Positions 10,319 to 19,740 are shown, counted from the first letter of the stretch. The stretch: DNA of 64,000 nt from an uncultured Candidatus Saccharibacteria bacterium (GCA_964495685.1 CAZBVQ010000002.1:38790-102789); one strand, 5' to 3'. Numbers and translations are program-made. Notes: generated by a model not told the origin, from the letters alone.

Positions 10319-10669
10319 TTATGCAGCTGGTGCTGGAGCTGGTTGTGCTGCAGGAGCGGCCTCTGCTTTTGCCTCTTCAACCTTCTTGATAGGAGTATGT
10401 TTGGGCAACGCGTTGAGTTTCTTGCCAGTAATGACTTTGTTTGAGACGAGGAAATTGTGGAGGGTAACAGAAAGCTGAGCACCTTTGGACATCCAGTGTT
10501 TGATAGCATCAACATCGAGCTGATCTACCTTGTTCTTGATGCGTGTATCATACCAACCGAGATTCTTGAGGAACTTACCACTCTTCGGGCCATTCTTGGA
10601 ATCAGTCAAAACCACACGAAACGTAGGTTCGTGTATGCGTCCGACGCGCTGTAGACGTATCATTAACAT
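10319..10669 (-). CDS. rpsP: 30S ribosomal protein S16
   Basis: MLMIRLQRVGRIHEPTFRVVLTDSKNGPKSGKFLKNLGWYD is an S16 signature. It has an Ala/Pro-rich C-terminal tail. The start is set at the internal ATG at 10669. Confidence 0.9.
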   Translation of the reverse strand: MLMIRLQRVGRIHEPTFRVVLTDSKNGPKSGKFLKNLGWYDTRIKNKVDQLDVDAIKHWMSKGAQLSVTLHNFLVSNKVITGKKLNALPKHTPIKKVEEAKAEAAPAAQPAPAPAA

Positions 10670-10713
10670 GTCGCCGTATACTAACAGAATGCCTGAAAAT
10701 GCGCAACTCAAAT

Positions 10714-10753
10714 CCTAGGCCGGGCCTAGAAATGATTCTAGGCCCGGCCTAGA
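10714..10753. repeat. two inverted copies of the palindromic element CTAGGCCGGGCCTAG / CTAGGCCCGGCCTAG separated by AAATGATT
   Basis: Read directly. Copy 1 is at about 10717-10731 and copy 2 at 10739-10753. The second copy supplies the TAG stop codon of the cysteine desulfurase gene (10751..10749, minus strand). Confidence 0.9.
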
Positions 10754-11909
10754 AAAAAACGCTTCGAATGGCCTTGGTTGCAGCGCGTATATCCCCTTTG
10801 GTGGTCCATCTACCGAAGGAGAAACGGAGTGAAGTGCCGCTATCCACCTTCATGGCCCTCAATACATATGACTCTTCGGCGTCTCGAAGACACGAACTTT
10901 TGGTCGAACAAGCAATGCCACGAGCATCGAGCTGGAAGAGGAAAAATTCGTTATCAATTCCAGGAATAGATACGTTCGCAATATGAGGAGACTGCATATC
11001 CTCATCACCACCATTGACCTGAATGTCAGGCCGGATCTCTTTGAGCTCATTGATGAACATGTCGCGCAACGTTTTGATACGATCCGTTTCTTCAATCCGC
11101 TCTTCGACTGCCAACGTGACCGCTTTGGCGAATCCAGCAATCCCCGGAACATTCTCAGTACCTGACCTGAGCCCCTTCTCTTGTCCCCCACCGTACGTGG
11201 TAGCTCGAATGGGTATACCCCGCTTCACATAGAGACAACCCATACCGCGAGGACCGTATACTTTGCCCGCATCGAGCGTCAGGAGATCTACCCCGAGCTT
11301 CTCGACCAATACGTCTTGGAATAGAAATGCCTGTGCCGCATCAGTATGAAGCATTGGGTACTTGGATTCTAGGCCGGGCCTAGCATTTCGTTCCTTGCGT
11401 ACGAGATGTGCGACCTCGGCGATCGGTTGGATTGAACCGACTTCATTGTTGACCATCATGATGGATACCAGCACCGTATGTGGCTTGAATGATTTCTTGA
11501 GTTCATTCAAGTCGACGATCCCGTGAATGTCCACAGGAATCTGGGTAACCTCACACCCCCACCCCTCTAGAGCGGCGGTCATCTCTAGAATAGAGGAATG
11601 TTCGATAGCGGAAATGATGACATGTGGTCGCTCGATACCAGCTACCCGAGCGGCCTGAATGACACCGCTCAGTGCTAGATTGTTGGCTTCAGTACCACCA
11701 GAAGTGAAAATAATCTCATCTGGCTGGGCATGTATAGCAGAAGCAACGGATGCACGCGAAGCCGCCACTACTTTCTTGGCGGCAACACCCTCCTTGTATA
11801 AGGAAGATGGGTTTGCGTATGCAGATGCAGCATATACACCAATCTCCTTGGTAACTCGTGGATCGATGGGTGTCAGTGATGCGTAATCGAGATATATGCG
11901 TCGGGCCAT
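10749..11909 (-). CDS. cysteine desulfurase (NifS/IscS family, PLP-dependent)
   Basis: NifS/IscS-type sequence: TSGGTEANN, HTDAAQAF, and a SxHK-like region. The start is set at the internal ATG MARRIYLDYASL. It carries an in-frame palindromic-repeat insertion encoding NARPGLES just before HTDAAQ. Confidence 0.85.
   Translation of the reverse strand: MARRIYLDYASLTPIDPRVTKEIGVYAASAYANPSSLYKEGVAAKKVVAASRASVASAIHAQPDEIIFTSGGTEANNLALSGVIQAARVAGIERPHVIISAIEHSSILEMTAALEGWGCEVTQIPVDIHGIVDLNELKKSFKPHTVLVSIMMVNNEVGSIQPIAEVAHLVRKERNARPGLESKYPMLHTDAAQAFLFQDVLVEKLGVDLLTLDAGKVYGPRGMGCLYVKRGIPIRATTYGGGQEKGLRSGTENVPGIAGFAKAVTLAVEERIEETDRIKTLRDMFINELKEIRPDIQVNGGDEDMQSPHIANVSIPGIDNEFFLFQLDARGIACSTKSSCLRDAEESYVLRAMKVDSGTSLRFSFGRWTTKGDIRAATKAIRSVFF
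11369..11383. repeat. copy of the CTAGGCCGGGCCTAG palindrome inside the cysteine desulfurase CDS, in frame
   Basis: Identical 15-mer with the same flank GATT...CTAGC. On the minus strand it is translated as A-R-P-G-L-E. Confidence 0.9.
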
Positions 11910-11939
11910 ACCTAGAATGTAACACATATTTTCAGGGAG

Positions 11940-11976
11940 ACAAAAAGGCGCGCCTCCCAAGAACATGGAGGCGCGA
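11940..11976 (-). terminator. minus-strand GC hairpin (CGCGCCTCC / GGAGGCGCG) plus U-run, about 30 nt upstream of the nifS-like start
   Basis: Read on the minus strand: stem, loop ATGTTCTTG, stem, then CTTTTTG. It may be an attenuator of a long leader or the terminator of an unannotated RNA. Confidence 0.45.
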
Positions 11977-12320
11977 GTGGACGGAAGAGATAACTCACAC
12001 TGTGGGAATGTGTCTGCCGCAACGAGAACGGGCTACCCTGCATCCAGCGAGTCGCCAACGCAGTCCCCTGGAATCGCACTGGACACCACGTATGGTTGCA
12101 GATGTACGTCCATTGGTAAGAGTTGCTGTCCTCCATGAAGGAGTATTGTCGGGACGGCGGATCCAGTACATAGAGGATGCACCCAATATGATGAGGCACG
12201 AGACAACGCCTTCGAACTGATAGAATGAACTTTTCATAGCTGACCATACAATACGTCATATGCACACTGAATACAAGCATTAGTCATACAGGTGTCTATC
12301 CGCGCCACCGACTCTACACA

Positions 12321-12836
12321 ATGTTCATTTGTTATATTTTGAGATACACTATGTGCATGTTGAATCTATCCACGAATCCACTACTGATCGGCTTCGTCAT
12401 CTTGGCGGTCGCCACCCTCATCCTCCTTGGTCTCGTCATCTGGATGTACATCCGCATGCGTCGATTCCTGATCGTCGTCGATGCACATAGTATCAGTGAT
12501 TCACTGACACATGTGTCTCATAGTCTCAAGGAGCTCCAGCATTTTCGTGATGACATGGAAGGATATCTCACCGACGTCGAACGTCGTCTACGCAAAAGCA
12601 TACAGTCGGTCCACACGATCCGTTTCAATCCATTCAAAGGTACCGGCGGCGGGGGCAATCAGAGTTTCGCTACGACATTAGTCAATGAAAATGGCGACGG
12701 GGTCATCATTTCGAGTCTCTATTCACGTGACCACGTAAGCGTATTCTCCAAACCTGTCATCAAACATGGTTCTGATTATGAACTCTCCGTAGAGGAACGT
12801 GAATCCTTGGAACATGCCAAAAAAGGCCTAGAATAA
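12321..12836 (+). CDS. DUF4446-like membrane-anchored protein
   Basis: N-terminal transmembrane segment, then RFNPFKGTGGGGNQSFATTLVNENGDGVIISSLYSRDH, which resembles the DUF4446 consensus. Its last codons GGC-CTA-GAA-TAA lie in a half-copy of the palindromic repeat. Confidence 0.55.
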   Translation: MFICYILRYTMCMLNLSTNPLLIGFVILAVATLILLGLVIWMYIRMRRFLIVVDAHSISDSLTHVSHSLKELQHFRDDMEGYLTDVERRLRKSIQSVHTIRFNPFKGTGGGGNQSFATTLVNENGDGVIISSLYSRDHVSVFSKPVIKHGSDYELSVEERESLEHAKKGLE

Positions 12837-13063
12837 GGCCTCCCTGATTCGTATGACTTATTCACAAGGGGCAAGCTTGACAAGCTATTTACTTTCCTTG
12901 TCATATGTGCTATGATGTTGTCAGGTCGTATGAGGTGTAGATCTCATACATGCTCGTTGACATCGAGTATGAAGCAGTCTGTGGCCATGAGGCAGTGCGG
13001 ACTATAACGACTCTCAACAAACCCTTTCCTTCCCTGGAAAGACAACACAGAAAGGAGCAAACG

Positions 13064-13975
13064 ATGAAAACTCGTTTCCTCGCGATCTTCGTGATCGCTC
13101 TCTGCTTTCGTGCTGTCAACACGGAAGCTGCGGTAGGGTCACCCCTACCCAACAGGCTGTCAATTGGCAGTGACGCCGCCCTCAAAGAAGGGGCGGTAAC
13201 AAACGGGTCGCGGTCGGCAACTACGTTGCTCTATTACACCAATAATGCTGGGCAGCTAAAAGTTGCACAACTTCCTCAAGGACAACTACAATTTGTGTCA
13301 TACGAAGCATTTCGGATGTATGCAATAAGCAATGCAAGTAAGGTCTTTAACGCATGGAAAACAAACATGGACGGTGGAACAACACTACGCTGGATAGCCC
13401 TTATCGGCTATATCGAACCTGTCGAAGGGAACGCCTTCTACAGTTTGATATCTGATGTAAAAATTGGTCCAATATCGACAATCACCTCGAATTTGTTTGC
13501 GACATCCCTGAATCTGACGAATAACAGCGTGATTGTGCCGGTCTCTGGTCTGCAAGGGTTTAGTGTCGAAGTGCGTGGAGTGTACACAAATCATTGGCCA
13601 ACCACGTCTGGACGTACAGGGATCAACATCGTCCAACCGCCGCCGCCAGAACTCACCACAAACAATGTCGTGGTGATGAATCCTTGGTATTGTCGTGGAA
13701 CGAACGCCACCGAAGTCCGAATTTCTATTTCAGCTGGAGGCACCACGGCATGGTACACACAATCGGGTGATCGGTTGGGCCCTAGCACCTTGAGCATGAC
13801 GAACAACCTCAGTTGTTCGTTTGCGCGCGGAGCAATCGTCCAAATCGAATCCTCGACGAACCTGACCTCATGGTCAACGGTCACCAACTTTTCTGATCTC
13901 GGAAAAGTCGGCTTCATCTCGATACCAATCAACCGCAACCGACCCAGAGAATTTTTCCGGGTCGGTACACGATAA
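13064..13975 (+). CDS. secreted hypothetical protein (signal peptide MKTRFLAIFVIALCFRAVNTEAA)
   Basis: The start is set at the ATG preceded by AAAGGAG. It is Thr/Asn-rich with no recognisable domain. Confidence 0.5.
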   Translation: MKTRFLAIFVIALCFRAVNTEAAVGSPLPNRLSIGSDAALKEGAVTNGSRSATTLLYYTNNAGQLKVAQLPQGQLQFVSYEAFRMYAISNASKVFNAWKTNMDGGTTLRWIALIGYIEPVEGNAFYSLISDVKIGPISTITSNLFATSLNLTNNSVIVPVSGLQGFSVEVRGVYTNHWPTTSGRTGINIVQPPPPELTTNNVVVMNPWYCRGTNATEVRISISAGGTTAWYTQSGDRLGPSTLSMTNNLSCSFARGAIVQIESSTNLTSWSTVTNFSDLGKVGFISIPINRNRPREFFRVGTR

Positions 13976-14012
13976 GCTCCCACGCGACACACTGCGAGGG
14001 AGCTTATTTATA
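13975..14012 (+). terminator. Rho-independent terminator (AGCTCCC ... GGGAGCT followed by TATTTATAT)
   Basis: Stem-loop beginning at the stop codon, positioned between convergent genes. Confidence 0.5.
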
Positions 14013-14014
14013 TA

Positions 14015-15913
14015 TTAGATTTCCTCAAGAGAAGAATTCACTATTTGGAGTTTAACTGAGCTTGTTTTTGCACCAGCAGCACCCTTTGAACATGTCAGAT
14101 TAAAAATGTACCTATCGGCAGGAACTCCTGTTGTATTAAACAACCCCGAACCACTTTCGTTACCTGCATCAGGCACAATCTGTGAAGGTGCTGTGGTGAT
14201 AAAATAACACGTATCAAACTCTGACGCCGGATCAATATTCCACTGCAACCTAAATGGCTGTCCTGAAACAACCCTCAGTGATTTGTACAGTGCCGAATAA
14301 TCACTGGTATCCGAATAATCAACCGTCGTCGGCGCTTCATCATTGCGTGTAATCATGAGCTTGAGACCAGATGAAATTCCAGCGACTCCTTCGACATCAA
14401 CACTCGGACACATGACATTCGTAGAGGTATGACTCGCACTATCAGTGACTGTCACACTGGGACCGAATCCATCATCCGTAAATGGTATATTAATCGAATT
14501 TGATCCCGACGCCCCATTCCAATAATACGTATAGGGTGCAGTACCTCCACTAGCAACAGCAGTGAAAGTCACTTTATTTCCAGACACTATCGGACCAGTC
14601 GGACTCTTGGAACAACTCACCGAGACGCCACCAGGATTGACTGGCGGACAATTGGAGGTGCCCGTAACACAGAGTGACACACCGGGCGCGGTTGATGATG
14701 CCGCGAAATTGAGCCATCCTAGCGCACTCGACTCCCATGCATATCCAGAAAAATCGCCCGACGATGGATTGTAGGCCACGCCACCCGAACCGCTCACATG
14801 ATTGCTTCCAGAGAGATGAAGCCATCCTGAAGCAGCATCTTCGGTAACCATCGACAGTATACGAGCCCAACCAGTCACTTTGCCATTGAAGAGGTCCACG
14901 CGTGGTGTGCAAATACTCGAGACACCCGTCGGCAGATCCGCACCAACACCTCCCTGCGCAACTGGTTTGTCATAGGTAGACTCAGATGATGGACATCCCG
15001 TCACATCAGAAGCATTGAAACTCACCCACCCAACATTGGGTGACCAACCGTATCCACTGAAGAGTCCCACGGTCGGCGATGTAGTCGTAGCCACACGGAC
15101 ACTATAATAACTTCCTGCTTTTTGTTGATATAACTGCTGAATTTCTGGTACTGTCAATGCCCGATTGTATACAACAACATCGTCTACCTGGGCTCCACCG
15201 AGTGACGATCCAGCATATGATGAGCCAATGGCCATTTGAGTTGTATTAAGAGCCGCGGTCGATACGGTGTTTGATGTACTTACTGATGCACCATCACCGT
15301 ATATATAATGCGTGGCGCCACTACGAACAGAACACAGCTGATGCCATGTATTGTCACTCAAAGTAATGAAAATGCCATAAGGTGCAGCTGACTCTCGCAC
15401 ACCACCGCCCCACGAATTAGGTATGTTCGCGTTTCTCCCCAGCCACATGCCAGAACTATAGTTTTTGTCGAGAAGACGTTCGTTGTGTCCGTTGACAACA
15501 CCGTCATCCTTGAACCAAACACACACTGTAAAATCGGTGAGCGTCGCAGTAAACGTTGTCAGTACATAATCATTGACACCATCCAATATGAGTGCCTGAG
15601 GACCGGCAACGCCAGTCGTGAAGACTGGACTACCATTCAATGTACCGTTGTAGCCATTACCGCTCGAATCATTACCCGTCGCATTATCGAACGTATATTT
15701 TGCAACCAAACCATAAATAGGTGCCCCTGCATCAGTGTTCGACGCATTGAAACTCACCCAGCCAATATTGGACGACCATGCCCATCCAGTCAGATCATAC
15801 GCCGCGTGAGCACGTGGAATGCTGAAACTACCCAAACACACACATACGACAACCGAGGCAATGAGAGCTACAACCTTGTTAATTGGCATAAAAATAGGGG
15901 TTATGAAAAACAC
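14015..15913 (-). CDS. large secreted protein with a LamG/concanavalin-like domain and three GW..S.N(I/V)GW(V/L)SF repeats
   Basis: 632 aa with an N-terminal signal/TM segment. Repeats: GWAWSSNIGWVSFNAS, GYGWSPNVGWVSFNAS and GYAWESSALGWLNFAAS. The LamG-like stretch is LDGVNDYV...WHQLCSV. Start codon uncertain (GTG at 15913 or ATG at 15889). Confidence 0.55.
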   Translation of the reverse strand: MFFITPIFMPINKVVALIASVVVCVCLGSFSIPRAHAAYDLTGWAWSSNIGWVSFNASNTDAGAPIYGLVAKYTFDNATGNDSSGNGYNGTLNGSPVFTTGVAGPQALILDGVNDYVLTTFTATLTDFTVCVWFKDDGVVNGHNERLLDKNYSSGMWLGRNANIPNSWGGGVRESAAPYGIFITLSDNTWHQLCSVRSGATHYIYGDGASVSTSNTVSTAALNTTQMAIGSSYAGSSLGGAQVDDVVVYNRALTVPEIQQLYQQKAGSYYSVRVATTTSPTVGLFSGYGWSPNVGWVSFNASDVTGCPSSESTYDKPVAQGGVGADLPTGVSSICTPRVDLFNGKVTGWARILSMVTEDAASGWLHLSGSNHVSGSGGVAYNPSSGDFSGYAWESSALGWLNFAASSTAPGVSLCVTGTSNCPPVNPGGVSVSCSKSPTGPIVSGNKVTFTAVASGGTAPYTYYWNGASGSNSINIPFTDDGFGPSVTVTDSASHTSTNVMCPSVDVEGVAGISSGLKLMITRNDEAPTTVDYSDTSDYSALYKSLRVVSGQPFRLQWNIDPASEFDTCYFITTAPSQIVPDAGNESGSGLFNTTGVPADRYIFNLTCSKGAAGAKTSSVKLQIVNSSLEEI

Positions 15914-15993
15914 TTATATACCCCATCATTTTAACGCACAATCCATATAGAAACGAATATATGTGGGGATAAATTGGGGCGCGTCCCGATACA

Positions 15994-18237
15994 TTATGCC
16001 TGAGGCCACGATTCGACAATAAGTAGATTGCCGCCTTCTGATCCGGTGCCAGCGAAACCGCAATCAGCCCATATTTCTTCGGTCACATAGGGCATGAATG
16101 GGTGCATCAACTTGAGTGATGTGTTGAGCGCGTGGAGCAAGAATTGGACGCGTGACACCGCTGCCGCATCATTGGTAGCAATGATTGGCTTGCTCTCCTC
16201 GAGAATCTTGTCTGCTAATTCATGCCAGATGTAGTGATAGAGCTTCTCACCGACGAGGTAGAACTTGAATTCATCCATTTCTTTGGTGACTTCTGCAATA
16301 AGTGAATTCAAGCGCTTGAGATGTTCAAGGTCAGCAGGAGCCCAGGATGTGAAAGAAGAGTCGTAACTCACCGGAGTAGCCGCTGGCGCATTGTAACGTT
16401 CCCCTTCTGCAGTAGAAATAATGAAGCGCGCAATATTCCACATCTTGTTCGAAAAATTTTTGTAACCTTTGACCTTATCCTCCGATAATTTCATGTCATT
16501 GCCAGGACCCGTACCAATGATCAGCGACAGGCGTGTAGCGTCAGCGCCGTACTTCTTGATCATGTCGAGCGGATCGATGATATTATCGAGCGACTTCGAC
16601 ATTTTCCTGCCCTTACCGTCACGGACAAGGCCATGGAGATAGACAGTCTTGAATGGTACATCACCAAGAAGGCAGCCCGTCATGAGTATCATGCGCGCTA
16701 CCCAGAAAAAGAGGATATCATAGCCTGTTTCCAACACGCTGGTAGGATGAAATGCGGCGAGATCCCCTGTCTTTTCAGGCCAGCCGAGCGTTGAAAACGT
16801 CCACAAACCAGATGAGAACCACGTGTCGAGCGTATCTTCGTCCTGTATCCACCCTTCACCTTCTGGCGCTTCAATTCCAACGTAAATTTCCTGCTCAGAC
16901 TTTTGATTTCCCTTATACCACACCGGTATGCGATGCCCATACCAGATCTGCCTCGAAATGCACCAGTCGCGCAAATTGTCGATCCAGTGATAATAGGTCT
17001 TTTCGAAACGTTCAGGAATGATCTTGATGGCACCTGACTCTACTGCTTGATGCATAATCTGCTTGAGGGTGACCTCCTGCCCTTGCTTGATGCCCGGAAT
17101 CGCTGAATGTGGAATCTTGAATGGCTTATTTACTGCAATAAACCACTGCAATTTCGGCAACGGTTCAATAACTCCACCAGTACGCTCTGCGGTCGCAATA
17201 TTCTGCGTTATATCTTCAGTCTTTTCGATCAAAGAATGCTCCTCAAGCCACTTGATGACGGCCTCACGGGCAGGTGCGACCTTGAGTCCAGCAACAATGC
17301 CAGTGTTTGGCATCATTTTTGCAAATTCATCAATGACTTGGATCGATGGTAGGTCGTGACGCTTGGCAATCTCAGCGTCGACGAAACTATGAGCTGGTGT
17401 GACACCGACGGCACCGGTGCCGAACTCCTTGTCGACTTCAGCGTCACCGACGATCTTGATAGTCAGCTGTGCACCCGCAAAATCAACCTTGTATTCAGAG
17501 CCAATATATTTCTTGTACCGAACATCATCAGGATGGACAGCTACAGCAACATCACCAACCTTGGTCTCAGGACGAGTGGTGGCGATAGAAATAGGAAAAT
17601 CCTTGGTGTATTTGAATGTATATAATTTCGCTTTGCGCTCTTCGTAAACAATTTCATCATCAGAAATAGTTGTCTGCCCTTTTGGATCCCAATTGATGAT
17701 GCGATGACCACGATAAATGAGTCCAAGATCGTGCATGGCCTTGAATGCGGTACGTACGGCAAAATTCCTCTTGTCATCCAAGGTAAAAGCTTCACGTGAC
17801 CAATCGATAGACGCACCCATTTTACGAACCTGATTAACGATAGTATCATGACTCTCCTGGGCAAATGCATTGACGCGTTTAAGAAGCTCCTCACGACCAA
17901 GATCGTGACGGCGTTTGCCCTCTTTTTTTTCAATTTCCTTTTCAACTTTAGACTGAGTAGCAATAGCGGCATGGTCGGTCCCTGGAAGCCACAATGTCTT
18001 GTAGCCCTGCATGCGCTTGTAACGAATCATAATGTCCTCAATTGCCAACATGGCGGCATGACCCATGTGAAGAGTGCCGGTCACGTTGGGCGGAGGTAAT
18101 ACGATACTGAACGGCTGGCCTTGCTGGTTGCGTGGAGGAAGGGTGTCTGGATTAAAAAAGCCACTCTCTTGCCAGAGCTTATAAATGCGATCTTCAGTTG
18201 ATGCCGGATCATACGGCTTGAGGAATTTCTGGTGCAT
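15994..18237 (-). CDS. valS: valine--tRNA ligase (short form)
   Basis: PPPNVTGTLHMGHA (HIGH motif) and GRKMSKSLDN (KMSKS motif). At 747 aa it is shorter than typical ValS, lacking the C-terminal coiled coil. Confidence 0.88.
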   Translation of the reverse strand: MHQKFLKPYDPASTEDRIYKLWQESGFFNPDTLPPRNQQGQPFSIVLPPPNVTGTLHMGHAAMLAIEDIMIRYKRMQGYKTLWLPGTDHAAIATQSKVEKEIEKKEGKRRHDLGREELLKRVNAFAQESHDTIVNQVRKMGASIDWSREAFTLDDKRNFAVRTAFKAMHDLGLIYRGHRIINWDPKGQTTISDDEIVYEERKAKLYTFKYTKDFPISIATTRPETKVGDVAVAVHPDDVRYKKYIGSEYKVDFAGAQLTIKIVGDAEVDKEFGTGAVGVTPAHSFVDAEIAKRHDLPSIQVIDEFAKMMPNTGIVAGLKVAPAREAVIKWLEEHSLIEKTEDITQNIATAERTGGVIEPLPKLQWFIAVNKPFKIPHSAIPGIKQGQEVTLKQIMHQAVESGAIKIIPERFEKTYYHWIDNLRDWCISRQIWYGHRIPVWYKGNQKSEQEIYVGIEAPEGEGWIQDEDTLDTWFSSGLWTFSTLGWPEKTGDLAAFHPTSVLETGYDILFFWVARMILMTGCLLGDVPFKTVYLHGLVRDGKGRKMSKSLDNIIDPLDMIKKYGADATRLSLIIGTGPGNDMKLSEDKVKGYKNFSNKMWNIARFIISTAEGERYNAPAATPVSYDSSFTSWAPADLEHLKRLNSLIAEVTKEMDEFKFYLVGEKLYHYIWHELADKILEESKPIIATNDAAAVSRVQFLLHALNTSLKLMHPFMPYVTEEIWADCGFAGTGSEGGNLLIVESWPQA

Positions 18238-18298
18238 AGCAGGACGGCCTGACAGCTATACTCTAGCAAAATTGGGCCAAAAAATCACCTGCAGGCAA

Positions 18299-18321
18299 CA
18301 AAAAAAGGGGTGAGAGCCCCC
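18299..18321 (-). terminator. minus-strand hairpin GGGG-CTCTCA-CCCC followed by a U-run
   Basis: Read on the minus strand downstream of the 18387..18782 ORF. Confidence 0.4.
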
Positions 18322-18386
18322 TCGGAGTGAACTATGGGTTACGCAGCCTGCCCAGCATGCGTTGACCTCAAATTCCTCGAGAGCTC

Positions 18387-18782
18387 TCAACCCAAATGTG
18401 GGTGAAGGAGATGATGGTGACCATCTCCTTCATTGTCATGATGACCGATATACCGCGGCTTAGTGAGCCATCTAACGACTACCATTCGGCGACGTACCAA
18501 GAGCCAGCCGACGATAATCGTGGGTATCACCCAAAGCCACGTTTCCGGAATAATTGCGACCGAAGCCGCATATTCCGTCCATCCCTCCTGCAACTGCGGT
18601 GCTGGATGGTACCGGACGAACGCAACAACCGCCGCGTTCCCATTTGTTCCTCCTGGTGCCTGTGCCGGGTCGAGCACGAATGCTTGGACCGGCATGACCA
18701 GTAGGGCCAATAGGACAACCCAGACCGTGTGCACGATCTTCATGGTGAGCCTTTCGCTTTGTAGGAGTTCGGACGATCCCAT
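18387..18782 (-). CDS. hypothetical membrane protein with a His-rich C-terminus
   Basis: Hydrophobic segments and an HHDNEGDGHHHLLHPHLG tail. No family recognised. Likely start MKIVHTVW. Confidence 0.35.
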   Translation of the reverse strand: MGSSELLQSERLTMKIVHTVWVVLLALLVMPVQAFVLDPAQAPGGTNGNAAVVAFVRYHPAPQLQEGWTEYAASVAIIPETWLWVIPTIIVGWLLVRRRMVVVRWLTKPRYIGHHDNEGDGHHHLLHPHLG

Positions 18783-18814
18783 GACCGTACTCGCTCCGAC
18801 TATTTAACGTGATG

Positions 18815-19231
18815 CTAAACTATTTGCGCATCTTTGTCAAGCAGCTTATCCACAGTCCAGATACCCCCTCCGGCGAATACGATACTTAGCGTGGCCAATG
18901 CCAGACCGAAATCACGTACACCGATGGCACTGAGGCCGAGTGTGAGCGTAATGCTAAAAAGATGCAATCCGAGGAGGAGTGCAGATGTACGTGAGAAAAA
19001 ACCTATCAAGAGTGCTAGACCGAAGACGATCTCGAACGCACCATTGAAGTGAACGAGAGCAGCTGCCGAAAGATGCGACATGCTGATCGCGAAATCAGGG
19101 ACGAAACTCAACCACGCGCCAGTGTTGATGAGCTGCTGAGAGCCGAACCAGAGGAAGACCAAGGCCAGAGCGATGCGTACAATCGTCGGGCCAATTCCAG
19201 CCATAGTGATACGTGAAAATGTAGGATTCAT
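18815..19231 (-). CDS. DoxX-family membrane protein
   Basis: Four predicted TM helices. The pattern VRIALALVFLWFGSQQL is DoxX-like. Confidence 0.65.
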   Translation of the reverse strand: MNPTFSRITMAGIGPTIVRIALALVFLWFGSQQLINTGAWLSFVPDFAISMSHLSAAALVHFNGAFEIVFGLALLIGFFSRTSALLLGLHLFSITLTLGLSAIGVRDFGLALATLSIVFAGGGIWTVDKLLDKDAQIV

Positions 19232-19236
19232 GTGAT

Positions 19237-19692
19237 TTATTTGCTGAGTGTACCGATCTTGAATGAGGCGAGCTCATTGGTAGGGCGACGTTCACCGCCA
19301 TGTTGACCGTCGAACGCTTCTGAACCATCACGGCCACAGAGACCGATGATGGCCTGCTGACCACCGGGATGCCTGCTGATCCACGCAGTCACATCGTAGA
19401 CACTACCGTCGACAGTCGTCCAGCAGTTCGAGGCAACGGCGTGCTTGGCGATATCAGCCATGGTGTACGTACCGGCTGTGGTGGTAGGAGTAAGTGGCTT
19501 ACCATCTGGGCCAGTGGTCGGCTGAACCGATGTGTCAGGACCAGTGGTCGGTGCCTGCCAGCCAGATGAAGATCCTCCGCTGACCGCGGCGATAATAATA
19601 GCGATCACGATACATACGACGGCGAATATGATGGCTGAAAGGTATTTCTTGGGCATAGATATAATGTACGTAAATAAATTATAGAAGTTCAC
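19237..19692 (-). CDS. membrane-anchored cytochrome b5-like haem-binding domain protein
   Basis: YTMADIAKHAVASNCWTTVDGSVYDVTAWISRHPGG...GRDGSEAF matches the cyt-b5 HPGG motif. GTG start with GGAGGT 9 nt upstream. N-terminal TM helix. Confidence 0.7.
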   Translation of the reverse strand: MNFYNLFTYIISMPKKYLSAIIFAVVCIVIAIIIAAVSGGSSSGWQAPTTGPDTSVQPTTGPDGKPLTPTTTAGTYTMADIAKHAVASNCWTTVDGSVYDVTAWISRHPGGQQAIIGLCGRDGSEAFDGQHGGERRPTNELASFKIGTLSK

Positions 19693-19740
19693 TGGAAAGG
19701 ACCTCCGACGTTGCTGAGCTAGAATTAATTATAAAATCTA

